Of a stretch of DNA of 39,783 nucleotides, positions 18,542 to 28,720 are shown piece by piece. Position numbers and translations under genes: made by a program. This stretch comes from a virus. Its lineage: Duplodnaviria > Heunggongvirae > Uroviricota > Caudoviricetes. Each line of letters begins with the position of its first letter. The first letter of the stretch is position 1. The stretch lies in the IMG/VR virus record IMGVR_UViG_2706794673_000014; one strand, given 5' to 3'. The notes under the pieces were generated by a model. It searched no databases. It was not told where the DNA came from and saw only the letters and a program-made list of their open reading frames with translations.

Positions 18542-18897
18542 GCGCGCGCCTTTTTCGCCTGTCTGGCGTTATTGCCGGTCTTTTTCCGGGGAGCATCCTG
18601 TACGGTTTCGGCTTCGGCTAAATCTGCACCGGTCTCTGCATGAACCACACCCGCCACGGCTCCCGCATCATCACCAGGCGTCTGTAGTATTCGTACAGTG
18701 AGGCATGGCTCCGCTTCCAGTCGGGCAAGCTGCTCCGGGGTGACGTCAACCTGCTGGCGTCCCCGCATGAACAGGAACCCCGCACGACGAAAATGCGTAC
18801 GACTGCAACGCACTTCTGCCAGTACCGTGACAGGACTGTCACCACTGACCTGAAGGCCTGAATCATCTGTTGCTGCCACAGTGTGATGTTCATTCAT
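18538..18897 (-). CDS. Hypothetical head-associated protein
   Basis: 119-aa ORF directly after major capsid gene. Confidence 0.5.
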   Translation of the reverse strand: MNEHHTVAATDDSGLQVSGDSPVTVLAEVRCSRTHFRRAGFLFMRGRQQVDVTPEQLARLEAEPCLTVRILQTPGDDAGAVAGVVHAETGADLAEAETVQDAPRKKTGNNARQAKKARA

Positions 18898-18940
18898 ATT
18901 TGCCCTCCGCAGGGGCCGGGCCGTAAGCCCGGCTCACCGT

Positions 18941-19888
18941 TTACAGATAATCCGCGACAACCAGCTCCAGCTTGCCCTTCATCTCGTTAGAGACTGTGGC
19001 GTTACCGTCTGCGAACAGCTCGCGCTCCAGCAGCTGCACCGCCTGTTTTTCCAGCGAGGTGGGGACAACAATATGGGTGGGTTTGATGCCGAGTTTGCGG
19101 CCACCGTCAGCCTTAAAGTCACGCATGGCTGACCAGCCGTGCCACAGCGCATCCAGCGTCAGCGGTGACTGCATCATGTAGGCCATCTGCCAGAAGCCGT
19201 AGCCCACATTGCGACGGGCGGAAGCACCGAACACAAACTCGTTATCAGTAAACGCACGGCCTTCATCGACTTTTGTCTGGGCAACCAGTTCGGCTTTGCG
19301 GCGATCCTGATAAATCAGCGGTTTTACCGCGCGGGAGCAGTCAAGCAGATACCAGGCCGGGCCGCTGTAATCCGCCTGTGCACCGACAGAGCCGGTTTTT
19401 GCCACAAACATATTGCTGACCATCTGTGCATCACCGGAGCCATCCACTTTGGGGTAAACAGGGTGTTCGGTATCAAAGAAGTTCTGGCCGTCATAGCAGG
19501 CCGCATTCAGACCATCACGCAGTGCAGCAAAGACCAGTTCATCCGGTTGTGCCGCAGCGGCACGACCCATTTCCTGGAATAACGGGGAGTAGATGCCGAG
19601 ATTGTCGTCTTCAAAGTCATCGCGGCTAATGGCAACGGTGCCTTCAAAGGTTTTGTTCACGATGGCGTAGCCATAGGCTTTCATCTTCTCGATGACGCGG
19701 GAGCCGATCCACTCACGGAACTGCGGGAACTGCCCCAGCCAGCCGTAGGTGTTGGATTTCGAGGTGGACGGCACGGTCATCGCAATTTTCTGGTACTGCG
19801 ACGGAGCCATGGACATCCCGGCCTGAAAATCAGAACGGTAGCCCGTCATCAGGGCGGTGATCATCGCCGGTGTAATCGGGGTAGGCAT
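18941..19888 (-). CDS. Major capsid protein (Mu T-like)
   Basis: 315-aa ORF following protease/scaffold gene; size and order. Confidence 0.8.
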   Translation of the reverse strand: MPTPITPAMITALMTGYRSDFQAGMSMAPSQYQKIAMTVPSTSKSNTYGWLGQFPQFREWIGSRVIEKMKAYGYAIVNKTFEGTVAISRDDFEDDNLGIYSPLFQEMGRAAAAQPDELVFAALRDGLNAACYDGQNFFDTEHPVYPKVDGSGDAQMVSNMFVAKTGSVGAQADYSGPAWYLLDCSRAVKPLIYQDRRKAELVAQTKVDEGRAFTDNEFVFGASARRNVGYGFWQMAYMMQSPLTLDALWHGWSAMRDFKADGGRKLGIKPTHIVVPTSLEKQAVQLLERELFADGNATVSNEMKGKLELVVADYL

Positions 19889-21021
19889 TATTGCATTTCC
19901 TCTTTCATTTTCAGGAACTCGGCTTCGGTTTTACCCAACAGACGTGCGGCGGCGATATCTTCAGCCGACAGCACAGCGGTGGCGGTCTTTTTATCCGGCA
20001 CGGTTACGGTGTCGGTCTGAAGAGTGGTCAGAGCCGCAACCGGCTGGCGGGCGTCAAGCTGTGCAGAAAGTGCCGCGACGCCAATCTGTTGTCCGAGTCC
20101 TTCCATGTATCCGCGTTCGCTTTTGAAAATGCGTCCTTCGGACTCGGCCTTATCCAGCAACTGCTCCAGCGTGGTGCTGCCGTGTTGTGCCGACAGCGCG
20201 GCATATTCGGTACGCAGGGCGTTATACGTCTCAACGGGCACATATTTCGTCAGATCAATAGTGCCGCCAGTTGGTGTGCCTTTTGCGGTTTCCAGTTCTG
20301 CCGACAGGCTGGCAACCTGCGTTTTCAGGGTGTCGTGCGCATCCGCACGGGTTTTGATCCCGGTAAGGGCAGACAGCGCCGCCGTGCCCAGTTCCGGTGT
20401 AAATTCGTCACCGTCAGCCACGGTCAGACCGAGCGCCGTCAGCAACTGGCGTAATTGCTCATTCATGGGGGATTGCTCCTGAGAAGGGGAAACGACATAG
20501 AGATCATCAGCACTGAGTGCCGCGACAGGGTTCATACCCGTAATACCCGGATCATTCGTCAGGGAAGCCATGCGCAACAGGTAGGGTTCCCCGGTGTCAG
20601 CGAAATAATGCATATATGCAGACAGATAGGCATATTCACGGTCATCAATATGTTTTTGTGCCTGTGGTGTCCATTCAGGTTTAATGAAAATCCCCTGACC
20701 CTCACGCCATTCGATGTTTTCCGGCTTAACCCATCCTGCAGCAATAGCCTTGAATCCGTTTTTCTGCGCATTCACGGAGTGATGGTCATAATCAATCAGT
20801 AACGGCTGATGCAGGGCGGAAAGCCCGGCTTTCATCCGGTTACAGGCGGATTCGTTAATCAGCCAGCCTTCAGTCGGTTTTTCCGGGCGACCGTCACGGG
20901 CCTTTACCCGACCGGCTGGCAGTAACTGACACCATCCGTCGCCGGATGCAGTCAGCGAAGCTGAAAGCACGGCTAAACCGGAGGGGCGATTTGCGTCTTT
21001 TGGGTGATTTTCTGTCTTCAT
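19888..21021 (-). CDS. Head protease/scaffold protein (Mu I-like)
   Basis: 377-aa ORF with Ala/Leu-rich coiled-coil C-terminal half; upstream of capsid gene. Confidence 0.8.
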   Translation of the reverse strand: MKTENHPKDANRPSGLAVLSASLTASGDGWCQLLPAGRVKARDGRPEKPTEGWLINESACNRMKAGLSALHQPLLIDYDHHSVNAQKNGFKAIAAGWVKPENIEWREGQGIFIKPEWTPQAQKHIDDREYAYLSAYMHYFADTGEPYLLRMASLTNDPGITGMNPVAALSADDLYVVSPSQEQSPMNEQLRQLLTALGLTVADGDEFTPELGTAALSALTGIKTRADAHDTLKTQVASLSAELETAKGTPTGGTIDLTKYVPVETYNALRTEYAALSAQHGSTTLEQLLDKAESEGRIFKSERGYMEGLGQQIGVAALSAQLDARQPVAALTTLQTDTVTVPDKKTATAVLSAEDIAAARLLGKTEAEFLKMKEEMQ

Positions 21022-21198
21022 ACCGGCAGCATAAGCCGGGTATTTTTGGGGCTGGTTTTGCGGGACTTCAGAAAGTGCTGACAGGGGGGGAATGAGAAAG
21101 GCGCTTCACGCAGATTTTAAAGCCCGTTAAATACAGGTTAGAAAATCACGACACGCGCCTGAAGGGGGTAAGGTAATACGTTTGCATACCTTAAACCA

Positions 21199-21672
21199 TT
21201 ACGGCGTTTCTGTGGCCTTTTTAAAGCGTTTTCTGATTTCGTCCATGATCTCCTGTTCTGCCACCTGATCAAAGCCCATATACGGACGTGCGCCAATGGC
21301 CGCCGGTCCCGGTGGCATACCAGGCAGGCCACCCCACTGATGAATGGCTGCATAAGGTTCATTTGATCCAATCAGCGCCCAGGTATCGCCATAATCCGTG
21401 GTCAGGCGGCGGGCCAGATCGCCGTTCAGCGTCAGGATTTTGCCGGGCGTGTATCCCTTACGGGTACGCCACTCACGGTAAGGATCTGACCAGTCATGCC
21501 AGCGTTCACCATCCGGCTCTTTTTCCTGCTCAAACGCCATTTCTGACGATGACAGAAGACTCGCCGCCACACTGCGGGCCAGGTCTTTTCCGCCGCCCAC
21601 AAACTGAAGCCGGGCAAACACTCGCTGGAGACGCGTAACGTCAACAACGACAGCTGCATCAATGGATGACAT
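21199..21672 (-). CDS. Virion morphogenesis protein (Mu G-like)
   Basis: 157-aa ORF between F-like and I-like genes. Confidence 0.7.
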   Translation of the reverse strand: MSSIDAAVVVDVTRLQRVFARLQFVGGGKDLARSVAASLLSSSEMAFEQEKEPDGERWHDWSDPYREWRTRKGYTPGKILTLNGDLARRLTTDYGDTWALIGSNEPYAAIHQWGGLPGMPPGPAAIGARPYMGFDQVAEQEIMDEIRKRFKKATETP

Positions 21673-21793
21673 ATTGCCTCCGCATAAAGGATGAATATAA
21701 AATAAACAGGCGGTCAGTGTACGCTTAACTGGTAAAGTCGGTGCCTGCCTCCGGGTGGATCATGTATGCGGGTTCGACCCCCGCCACTGACCG

Positions 21794-23125
21794 TTAATCA
21801 ATTTGTCCTTCCAGCACCTCAAGCATTCCGCCCCGGATATCCGATTTCAGCTTATCCATATTGATAACCCGGTAAGCATTCACAATCACATCCAGTTTGT
21901 CGGGCTGACGTTTCAGACTGTACGGTGCATTAACGGCAATCTGCACACTGCCATCCTGATTTTCCACGATATACATCAGATTGTTGTGCCGTTTGTCCCA
22001 CAGTACCGCTTTTGGCCTTGCCAGCATTGCCGGTAAGCGCCCGAAGTCCTCCGGCGTCAGAGCGATGCCGTCATTCTGATGTTTCACACTGTCCGCATGG
22101 AGCACATTTTTACCGCTCATCGCCAGCAGGCGGGCCGGTGGCGTTCCCGTCCGGCTTTCCACTGCCTGCGCAATGCTTTCAGTCATAAAGCCCAGCGTGC
22201 GGATATCGTTACCACCTCGCCGGGTCTGCATGATGTTTTTTGCCCAGATGCGGAACGCCAGCTGCCGCTCCGGGCTGTTGTTCATCTCCTGAACCACCAT
22301 TTCCCGTAACGCCGGGCTTTTCACCTCGATCAGTTTGCGGATCAGCGCCTGGTCTGTGCCGAACGCTGCCGAGCCGGGGTTATATGACCAGCCCACATCC
22401 GGTGTCATGGTTCTGGCGCCATCTGAATATGTGGTCACCGGCATTTCTCTGACTTCTCCGGTCTGTTTATCCACGCCAGCCTCAACATTGCGGGTGGAGA
22501 GATGATCCTCACCGGATGAAACGGATAACCCCATTGCATCCAGACGGGCCTGAGACAATGGCCGCACACGGCAGCGGCAGTTCCAGCCATTGGGCGGGTA
22601 GTGTGTTTTCCAGAACGGATCGTCATAGCGGAATACCAGACCGTTAAGGGCGGAATGCGACGGGCGGGTACGGCTGTCCATGACCGCCACATACTGCCAG
22701 AACGGATGCGTGTCCGTGTTGTTCATCATCTGCGTGTAACGCCCGGCATTGTAAGCCACACGGGTGTTCACGTTGTAAATCAGCGCCAGACGACGGGGAC
22801 TGCCCTGCTGCACTTCTTCCGCGTTACCGTCGCTGTCCACCACAATCTGCTTTCCCCACCATCCCAGCTTTTGCAGGCGTGGCGTCAGTGTGCGGATAAA
22901 TTCTTTCTGTGAAATCCCCTCATCAATGGCCCGCTGCACTTCGGCCTGTAATGTGGTTACCACATCCAGCCGTGCCGTTTTTGCTGCCGTGAATGAGCGG
23001 GCATGAACATCCGCGTCTGTTTCGAACCAGTTCCAGCTGATATGCGCCCCTTTGGCGCGGAAGTATGCCACCGTCTCTTTTGAGGGAAGCGTGGCGGCAT
23101 AACCTAAATCAATCCCCTGAGCCAT
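21794..23125 (-). CDS. Head morphogenesis protein (Mu F/gp30-like)
   Basis: 443-aa ORF directly after portal gene. Confidence 0.8.
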   Translation of the reverse strand: MAQGIDLGYAATLPSKETVAYFRAKGAHISWNWFETDADVHARSFTAAKTARLDVVTTLQAEVQRAIDEGISQKEFIRTLTPRLQKLGWWGKQIVVDSDGNAEEVQQGSPRRLALIYNVNTRVAYNAGRYTQMMNNTDTHPFWQYVAVMDSRTRPSHSALNGLVFRYDDPFWKTHYPPNGWNCRCRVRPLSQARLDAMGLSVSSGEDHLSTRNVEAGVDKQTGEVREMPVTTYSDGARTMTPDVGWSYNPGSAAFGTDQALIRKLIEVKSPALREMVVQEMNNSPERQLAFRIWAKNIMQTRRGGNDIRTLGFMTESIAQAVESRTGTPPARLLAMSGKNVLHADSVKHQNDGIALTPEDFGRLPAMLARPKAVLWDKRHNNLMYIVENQDGSVQIAVNAPYSLKRQPDKLDVIVNAYRVINMDKLKSDIRGGMLEVLEGQID

Positions 23126-24698
23126 CCAGCATCCCCTTCATTTCCGCAGCAAACATGGCATCACTGAGCAGCGTCATCAGGCGGGAATCATCCATTTCAC
23201 GGTAAAGGGCAGGCAGGTCTGCCAGTGCCTCCGCCAGCCCCCGCGTTCTGATGACATCAATGACCGGCTCCAGCACCGGATCGATGGCCTCCTGTAAGCG
23301 GCGGGCAGGCACCGCGTCCCCCATGTCGTCCAGTTCATCACGCGGCGTGTTTTTCGCTTCCGGCAGTCGGGCTGAAAGCGCCGTCTGTTCTGTCTTTTCC
23401 TGTTTTTCCGGTAGCGTTTCCCTGTCAGGCATGGCCGGTTCATTACTGCTCTGACGGACACGGAATATGGCTTCACCGGGCGTGGGCTGTGGAATACCGG
23501 TCTGATCCCGTACCCAGGGATCAGGAATATCCATCCCCGCACTGAGTTGCATCACCGCACTGGCTATTTTGGTGATATCCCCCGGTTCTTTGGTCTGGAA
23601 ACAGATACGCGGCAGGCGACGGATATCAATGGCGTGGGCGGTGTTCAGGGCATACAGCGGATACACCAGATCGCGGTTCAGGGTTGCAGCCAGCTGGCGT
23701 AAATCAGAATCCCTGATTTCCCGGCGCACCTCGTTATGCACCTCACCCAGCGAGCGCGCGCCTTTGTCTCCGGCTTCTGTGGTCAGCGTGCCGCCGAGTA
23801 TTGCTTTGGAGATGGAACGCTCACCCCACGAAATCATGGTTTCAAACGGATCGGCCTGACCGTTCGCTGCCGCCTGAAACTCCAGCGACATCCCGGCCGG
23901 GATGATCCCGCCTGTACGTCGCCCGATATCCATCACCGCCCGCATCAGGGCACTTTTCTGCTCCGGTGTTGCCCCGGACGGGTATTTCCCGACCTTCATT
24001 GGCAGGCCGTACACCTCCAGAAATTCCGCCAGATCGCGCACGGAATAGTTTTTGAAAATGAACGGCCAGATAAGCGTTCTGACAAGCCCCGTCGCACCAC
24101 CGTAGCCGGTGCGTGAACGCGACTGATGCACTATCCAGCCAAAGGGCTGAAACGCCACCCCGGCATGGCTGCCGTCACGCAGCCGCAGTTCGCTCAAATC
24201 ATCCGGGTTAAGGCAGAAATGCCCGCTGTCACGCCAGCGGATGGCGCGGATGATGTGCATTTTACCGAGCATCCCGTGCTCAATTTCCATGCAGGAATAG
24301 CCCTTCAGGATGGCATCCGTGGCGTCAAACAGCATGGCATCAAACCAGTCTGCGGAATGCAGATATTCGTCGAGCATTTCCGCGTCCTTTTTCTCATTCG
24401 CGCTGGCGTTCGGTGGCGGCTCAATACTCCATGGCACCCCCTGAATGGCAAGACGTCGCTTGCCCAGCTCCGCAAAAAGGTGGGTGTCCTTTTCTTCAAT
24501 ATCAGCGGCCAGATCGGACTGGGCAATCAGATCGCCACGTTCAGCCCCGCGAAGGCACTGCGCCGCCCGGTTCGGGGTGATACCCGAAGCCGGATGTTCA
24601 ATATAACGGCTGGCAATCTGCGGAATATCCAGCGCGGCACTCTGCATCTCCGGGTCAAAGGAGAAAGGTTTTCCGTCAGTATCAATGATGCGTCCCAC
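23109..24698 (-). CDS. Portal protein (Mu gp29-like)
   Basis: 529-aa ORF directly after terminase large subunit. Confidence 0.85.
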   Translation of the reverse strand: MGRIIDTDGKPFSFDPEMQSAALDIPQIASRYIEHPASGITPNRAAQCLRGAERGDLIAQSDLAADIEEKDTHLFAELGKRRLAIQGVPWSIEPPPNASANEKKDAEMLDEYLHSADWFDAMLFDATDAILKGYSCMEIEHGMLGKMHIIRAIRWRDSGHFCLNPDDLSELRLRDGSHAGVAFQPFGWIVHQSRSRTGYGGATGLVRTLIWPFIFKNYSVRDLAEFLEVYGLPMKVGKYPSGATPEQKSALMRAVMDIGRRTGGIIPAGMSLEFQAAANGQADPFETMISWGERSISKAILGGTLTTEAGDKGARSLGEVHNEVRREIRDSDLRQLAATLNRDLVYPLYALNTAHAIDIRRLPRICFQTKEPGDITKIASAVMQLSAGMDIPDPWVRDQTGIPQPTPGEAIFRVRQSSNEPAMPDRETLPEKQEKTEQTALSARLPEAKNTPRDELDDMGDAVPARRLQEAIDPVLEPVIDVIRTRGLAEALADLPALYREMDDSRLMTLLSDAMFAAEMKGMLDGSGD

Positions 24699-26365
24699 TA
24701 CCAGCCCCCCCGATCAAATTCATGATATGCCTCATCGTCATCACGATAACCGCCCTCCATTGCCCGCGACCGCTCCTGTAGCGCCTGACAGGCTGATTCA
24801 TCCAGGATGAAGCCCTCCATGTATGACGCCCGGTTTGCCATACAGAGCGCCACGGCAAAATCACCATGGCGGCGGGCGTTCGCAGCCGTTGCGTTCTGGT
24901 CCTTCGTGCGCCCCTTGTCGATTTGCGGGATACCATTCACTACCTTCACATGGCGCAAATCATCAAGCGTGGTCTGATGGCGGGCGACGAGGATATTCTG
25001 ATCTTCAAACTCGGCTTTCAGTTTTGGCATCCACTCGCCGTACCACTTCGGCGACAACATCACGCAGTCGATGATGTCCGGGCCAAAGGCCAGCAGTGCG
25101 GCCTCTGCCAGATAGCCGCCGTTACCGGTGGCGTCGAACGCCGCACCGACCAGCGCCGGAACGCGGGTCAGGATGTACATCATCACCTGTTCCTGCTGGG
25201 CATACGGCAGGTTGCGCAGCTCCACGCGAAACACCTCGCGCTTTGCCAGGGATTCGGTGATTTCCAGCAGCACAAAGCAGGACAGGTCACCGGTGCGGGC
25301 AAAGTCTTCCCCGAAGCTGAAGCGGGAACGGGGATTTAATTTCTCTAAAAGCGGTTTTAAATGTTCTTCACACCAGGTTAAAACTTCCGATTCACGCAGC
25401 CATGCGGCACGGCTGATGAAGTTGTCCGGGGCTTCAAACGTCAGAATCGGGATGTCGCGGATCATCGCCATTTCAATAAGCGCGTGGGGGATATAGGCAC
25501 CGCCGGATTTTTTCGGGATACAGCCGTATTCCTCGTCGGCATCCTCACGGGTCGGGGCGTTTTTGTAGAGATCATCACGCCATTTCTGCTCGCTTTCCGG
25601 TGACCATTCCTGATCGGTGACGTAACAGATACGACGGTACAGCCCGTCCGCAATGGCATCATCCAGGGTTATGCGGTGGACGCTGTAATCCTTGCGCCCC
25701 TCGCGGGCTTCCTGAATGTACTGATTAAACAGATTATCGACGCCGTTATGCGTGGAGATAATACGCACGCGCGCGCCCCACATAGTGAGCGCCATTGCCG
25801 CCTTGAGAAGCTCATCCAGTGACTCGTGGAACGCGGCTTCATCAATCACCACATCCCCCTGAAGGCCGCGCAGGTTTGACGGACGGGAAGACAATGCCTG
25901 AATTTTGAATCCACTGTTCGGAAAGCGGATCATGTAGGTCAAAATTTCTTCTTTTTTATCCCGATCCCAGAATGTCTGCTCATACACATCAGCATCTGCC
26001 AGCTGGTTAAAGGCACGGGAGAACAGCGCGCAGGCAGAAATATATTCCAGCGCCATCTCCTGCTTTGATCCCACATAAAACACATTGCGGCCACCACGAC
26101 GCTTCGGTTTTGCAGCAGTAATGACGTTACGCCCGGCTTCCGCCCAGGTAAGACCGGTGCGGCGGGATTTCTCCGCGATGCAGACCTGACTTTCATCTGC
26201 AAACCAGCGGGCCTGATAATCCAGAAACACCGGCATATCACCGGGCAAATCAAGGCTGTCCGGCACATCCACGCCCAGCAGGGCTTTTTCACCTGACAGA
26301 TCAATTTTGCGGGGAGGCGTCATTTGCATCAGTGAAGGCGACGTTTCTCTGGCTTTGTTCATCAT
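24698..26365 (-). CDS. Terminase large subunit (Mu gp28-like)
   Basis: 555-aa ORF; position and size. Confidence 0.88.
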   Translation of the reverse strand: MMNKARETSPSLMQMTPPRKIDLSGEKALLGVDVPDSLDLPGDMPVFLDYQARWFADESQVCIAEKSRRTGLTWAEAGRNVITAAKPKRRGGRNVFYVGSKQEMALEYISACALFSRAFNQLADADVYEQTFWDRDKKEEILTYMIRFPNSGFKIQALSSRPSNLRGLQGDVVIDEAAFHESLDELLKAAMALTMWGARVRIISTHNGVDNLFNQYIQEAREGRKDYSVHRITLDDAIADGLYRRICYVTDQEWSPESEQKWRDDLYKNAPTREDADEEYGCIPKKSGGAYIPHALIEMAMIRDIPILTFEAPDNFISRAAWLRESEVLTWCEEHLKPLLEKLNPRSRFSFGEDFARTGDLSCFVLLEITESLAKREVFRVELRNLPYAQQEQVMMYILTRVPALVGAAFDATGNGGYLAEAALLAFGPDIIDCVMLSPKWYGEWMPKLKAEFEDQNILVARHQTTLDDLRHVKVVNGIPQIDKGRTKDQNATAANARRHGDFAVALCMANRASYMEGFILDESACQALQERSRAMEGGYRDDDEAYHEFDRGGW

Positions 26366-26610
26366 GCTTTACCTGTCAGAATGCTTTTGATTCGGGACTC
26401 AAGCTCTTCAGTCATCACGTCCACGCCGCTCAACTCATCAGTGGCAGCCTCTGCCAGCAGCGAATGCAGTTGTTCCAGGGATATTTCCCCGGCAATGCTG
26501 AGTTCAGTCAACTCACGACATACCTTTATGGTTTCAGGAGGTAACTGTGTTGCAAGACTGAATGCTTTCTGATGGGCACTGCTCATCAGTGAGCGGTTAT
26601 CTGTTGCCAT
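26362..26610 (-). CDS. Small protein (82 aa) whose C-terminal ~25 aa resemble the C-terminus of the upstream gp27-like protein
   Basis: ...TDELSGVDVMTEELESRIKSILTGKA versus gp27-like ...TDELRGVDGMSEQIEFRIRQMLLGKA. Confidence 0.5.
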   Translation of the reverse strand: MATDNRSLMSSAHQKAFSLATQLPPETIKVCRELTELSIAGEISLEQLHSLLAEAATDELSGVDVMTEELESRIKSILTGKA

Positions 26611-26620
26611 GATTCACCTC

Positions 26621-27202
26621 CTACGCCTTACCCAGCAGCATCTGCCTGATACGGAATTCGATCTGCTCGCTCATGCCATCCACGCCGCGCAACTCATCGG
26701 TGACCGCATTCGCCATCTCTTCAGCAAATGCGGCCCGGATTTCTTTTTCACGCTTAATGCTGCGCTCGGCGGCACTTTCTGCACGCTGTGCCGACAGGAG
26801 GATGTCCTTAATAAGGCGCATATCCACATCGCTGTCGCTGTTCAGGGATTCGGTGGCGGCACGCAGACGGCGGTACATCAGGGCACGGGACATCTCCAGA
26901 ATCAGTGCCGTGGTTTCACCGGTCGGCTTATCCCCCAGTTCGGCCATCATGGCTTTTGTCTGCTCGCGTAAATCACGCAGATTACGGGCAATCAGCTCAT
27001 TACGGGAGGCTTCCCGGCTGATGGCCGCCGGTGAGAGCTGCTGCTCTTCCGGCAGACCTGCTTCACGGATCAGACGGTTGATTTCCTCGCGGATCTGGAC
27101 CTGCGTCAGACGTTTTTCACGCAGCATTTCCAGCAGCGGCTTACGGATGCTGTCGGGGAGCAAATCCACCTTGCGTACACGGCCACGCGCTGGCTTATCC
27201 AT
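26621..27202 (-). CDS. Mu gp27-like DNA-binding protein (terminase small-subunit-like)
   Basis: 193-aa ORF just upstream of terminase large subunit; basic N-terminus. Confidence 0.7.
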   Translation of the reverse strand: MDKPARGRVRKVDLLPDSIRKPLLEMLREKRLTQVQIREEINRLIREAGLPEEQQLSPAAISREASRNELIARNLRDLREQTKAMMAELGDKPTGETTALILEMSRALMYRRLRAATESLNSDSDVDMRLIKDILLSAQRAESAAERSIKREKEIRAAFAEEMANAVTDELRGVDGMSEQIEFRIRQMLLGKA

Positions 27203-27204
27203 CG

Positions 27205-27495
27205 TTACCCCCTTGCGCGTGGTTTCTTCACACCCGGAACGGTGGCGCGGCCTTCCGCCACATCCTGACCCCGGCCGGTCAGTTCAGCGATGAAATAACC
27301 GTTAACAAGCGTGCGCTTACGCACCAGTCCCTGCTCGGCAAGCCAGGCAATGTGGGTATGAACGGTGTCGCGGGACACGCGGTGACCGTAATCATCCAGG
27401 CAGTCCTGAAGCACGGATTCGCCCAGTTCGCCGTTGTAATCCGCCAGCGACCGCAGAATGACAAGACGCTGATCTTCAGTAATGAAATCACTCAT
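27205..27495 (-). CDS. Hypothetical protein (Mu gp26 position), possible winged-helix fold
   Basis: 96-aa ORF; position. Confidence 0.5.
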   Translation of the reverse strand: MSDFITEDQRLVILRSLADYNGELGESVLQDCLDDYGHRVSRDTVHTHIAWLAEQGLVRKRTLVNGYFIAELTGRGQDVAEGRATVPGVKKPRARG

Positions 27496-27799
27496 TGTGT
27501 TTTTTCCTTACAGCCTGCTCCAGCAGCAGTTCGTTCTGATGGGAGACGGATTTCAGGGTGGCATTGGTGGCCTTAAGCTCACCGCGCAGGGTGGTGATTT
27601 CGATATTGAGTCTGTTCACCTCCTGCTGCGTGGGCAGGCCGGAAATCCGGCTCTCCACCCGCTCAACCCGGTCGGAGAGTTTTTCAAAGGCCTCGCGGGG
27701 GACAAAGGTTTTGCGCATCAGCGCCATGAAGATCCCCCCGGCTGTGGCCGTTGCCGACAGGATCGGCACGACATAATCTTTAACGATGCTGACCCACAT
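27488..27799 (-). CDS. Membrane-anchored coiled-coil protein (Mu gp25-like; possible releasin-type lysis factor)
   Basis: N-terminal hydrophobic segment VVPILSATATAGGIFMALM then coiled coil; position in lysis cassette. Confidence 0.5.
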   Translation of the reverse strand: MWVSIVKDYVVPILSATATAGGIFMALMRKTFVPREAFEKLSDRVERVESRISGLPTQQEVNRLNIEITTLRGELKATNATLKSVSHQNELLLEQAVRKKHNE

Positions 27800-28007
27800 G
27801 ACCGGCCTCCATGATGTTCTGGCAGTTCACACAACGGATGGCATCCGGCACGGCAACCAGACGGGCAGCCGGAATGTCACCCCCGCAGTCCGCGCATACA
27901 CGCCTGCCCGGTGTCTCCGCCACCCGGCGCTTACGTGTCAGCCGGTCACAAAGGGCGCGTTCTGTTGCACGCTCCATGACTGCCTGAGCACAATCTGAAT
28001 CATCCAT
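27780..28007 (-). CDS. TraR/DksA-family C4 zinc-finger protein
   Basis: CDRL...CADCGGDIPAARLVAVPDAIRCVNCQ motif; ATG at 28005-28007 with AAGGA upstream. Confidence 0.8.
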   Translation of the reverse strand: MDDSDCAQAVMERATERALCDRLTRKRRVAETPGRRVCADCGGDIPAARLVAVPDAIRCVNCQNIMEAGHVGQHR

Positions 28008-28017
28008 ACCTTTTTCC

Positions 28018-28389
28018 TTACTTCGTCTTTCCTGCCGGAACAGCAGTCGTTCCGGCCATATCAGTAAATTCATGCTGTCGCTGTGTCTCCAGACGGCGGA
28101 TGCTGGCCTTGTCCACGTTGCAGTTTTTAATCACCGCCAGCAGTTGCAGGTTGTAAGTGACCGATGCACCAAACGTGAACGGCTGCGGCGCGGGAGGGAC
28201 CAGGCAGTCAGCCAGCCATTCAGCGGGGATCGGCACCGGCTTCACCGGCACGTATTTCACAGACGGCCCGCCGCACCCGGTCAGCCACATCATCAGGCAC
28301 AGGCACAGCGGCAGCAGGCACCGTTGCCAGTGACCGGCGGACAATGCTCTGCTGTTCCTCGCTGTGCTGCATGTTCTGCTGTTTTTCAT
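28018..28389 (-). CDS. Putative o-spanin (outer-membrane lipoprotein), overlapped architecture; start uncertain
   Basis: Lipobox LTGC preceded by hydrophobic CLLPLCLCLMMW, Pro-rich mature part; begins inside the i-spanin frame and extends beyond it. Confidence 0.5.
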   Translation of the reverse strand: MKNSRTCSTARNSRALSAGHWQRCLLPLCLCLMMWLTGCGGPSVKYVPVKPVPIPAEWLADCLVPPAPQPFTFGASVTYNLQLLAVIKNCNVDKASIRRLETQRQHEFTDMAGTTAVPAGKTK

Positions 28390-28720
28390 TCGTGGCCGCC
28401 TTGCTGATTTGTGAAATGAGTTGCAGGGTGCGTTGCTGGTTTGCCAGCACCAGACGGGCTTCGTCCCGTTCACGCACAAGCACATGATTATTGTCCTCAA
28501 GGCGCTGCGTCTTCTGGTGCATTCCCCATACCACGGCAGCCAGCACGCTCATCACCCCCAGCGCCGCCATACAGCCTCCGGCAATCAGGGCCGGTAAGGG
28601 ATTGTTCACCGCAGACACAGCACACCCCGCAGCAGCACAACGGCACACAGCAGCGCAATCATGAGCGGTCGCCAGAAGCGGTTCAGACTTTCGGCAAATC
28701 GTAACGACATAACCATTCAT
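28220..28720 (-). CDS. Putative i-spanin (transmembrane helix plus periplasmic coiled coil); start uncertain
   Basis: Hydrophobic LIAGGCMAALGVMSVLAAVVW followed by charged coiled-coil region; directly downstream of endolysin. Confidence 0.5.
   Translation of the reverse strand: MNGYVVTICRKSEPLLATAHDCAAVCRCAAAGCAVSAVNNPLPALIAGGCMAALGVMSVLAAVVWGMHQKTQRLEDNNHVLVRERDEARLVLANQQRTLQLISQISKAATNEKQQNMQHSEEQQSIVRRSLATVPAAAVPVPDDVADRVRRAVCEIRAGEAGADPR

Noticed and set aside
21138-21371. 77-aa ORF between the G-like and I-like genes, considered as a moron or anti-CRISPR-type insertion
   Set aside because: It overlaps the 3' end of the G-like gene in another frame and has no ribosome-binding site; the G-I intergenic gap is only ~180 bp.
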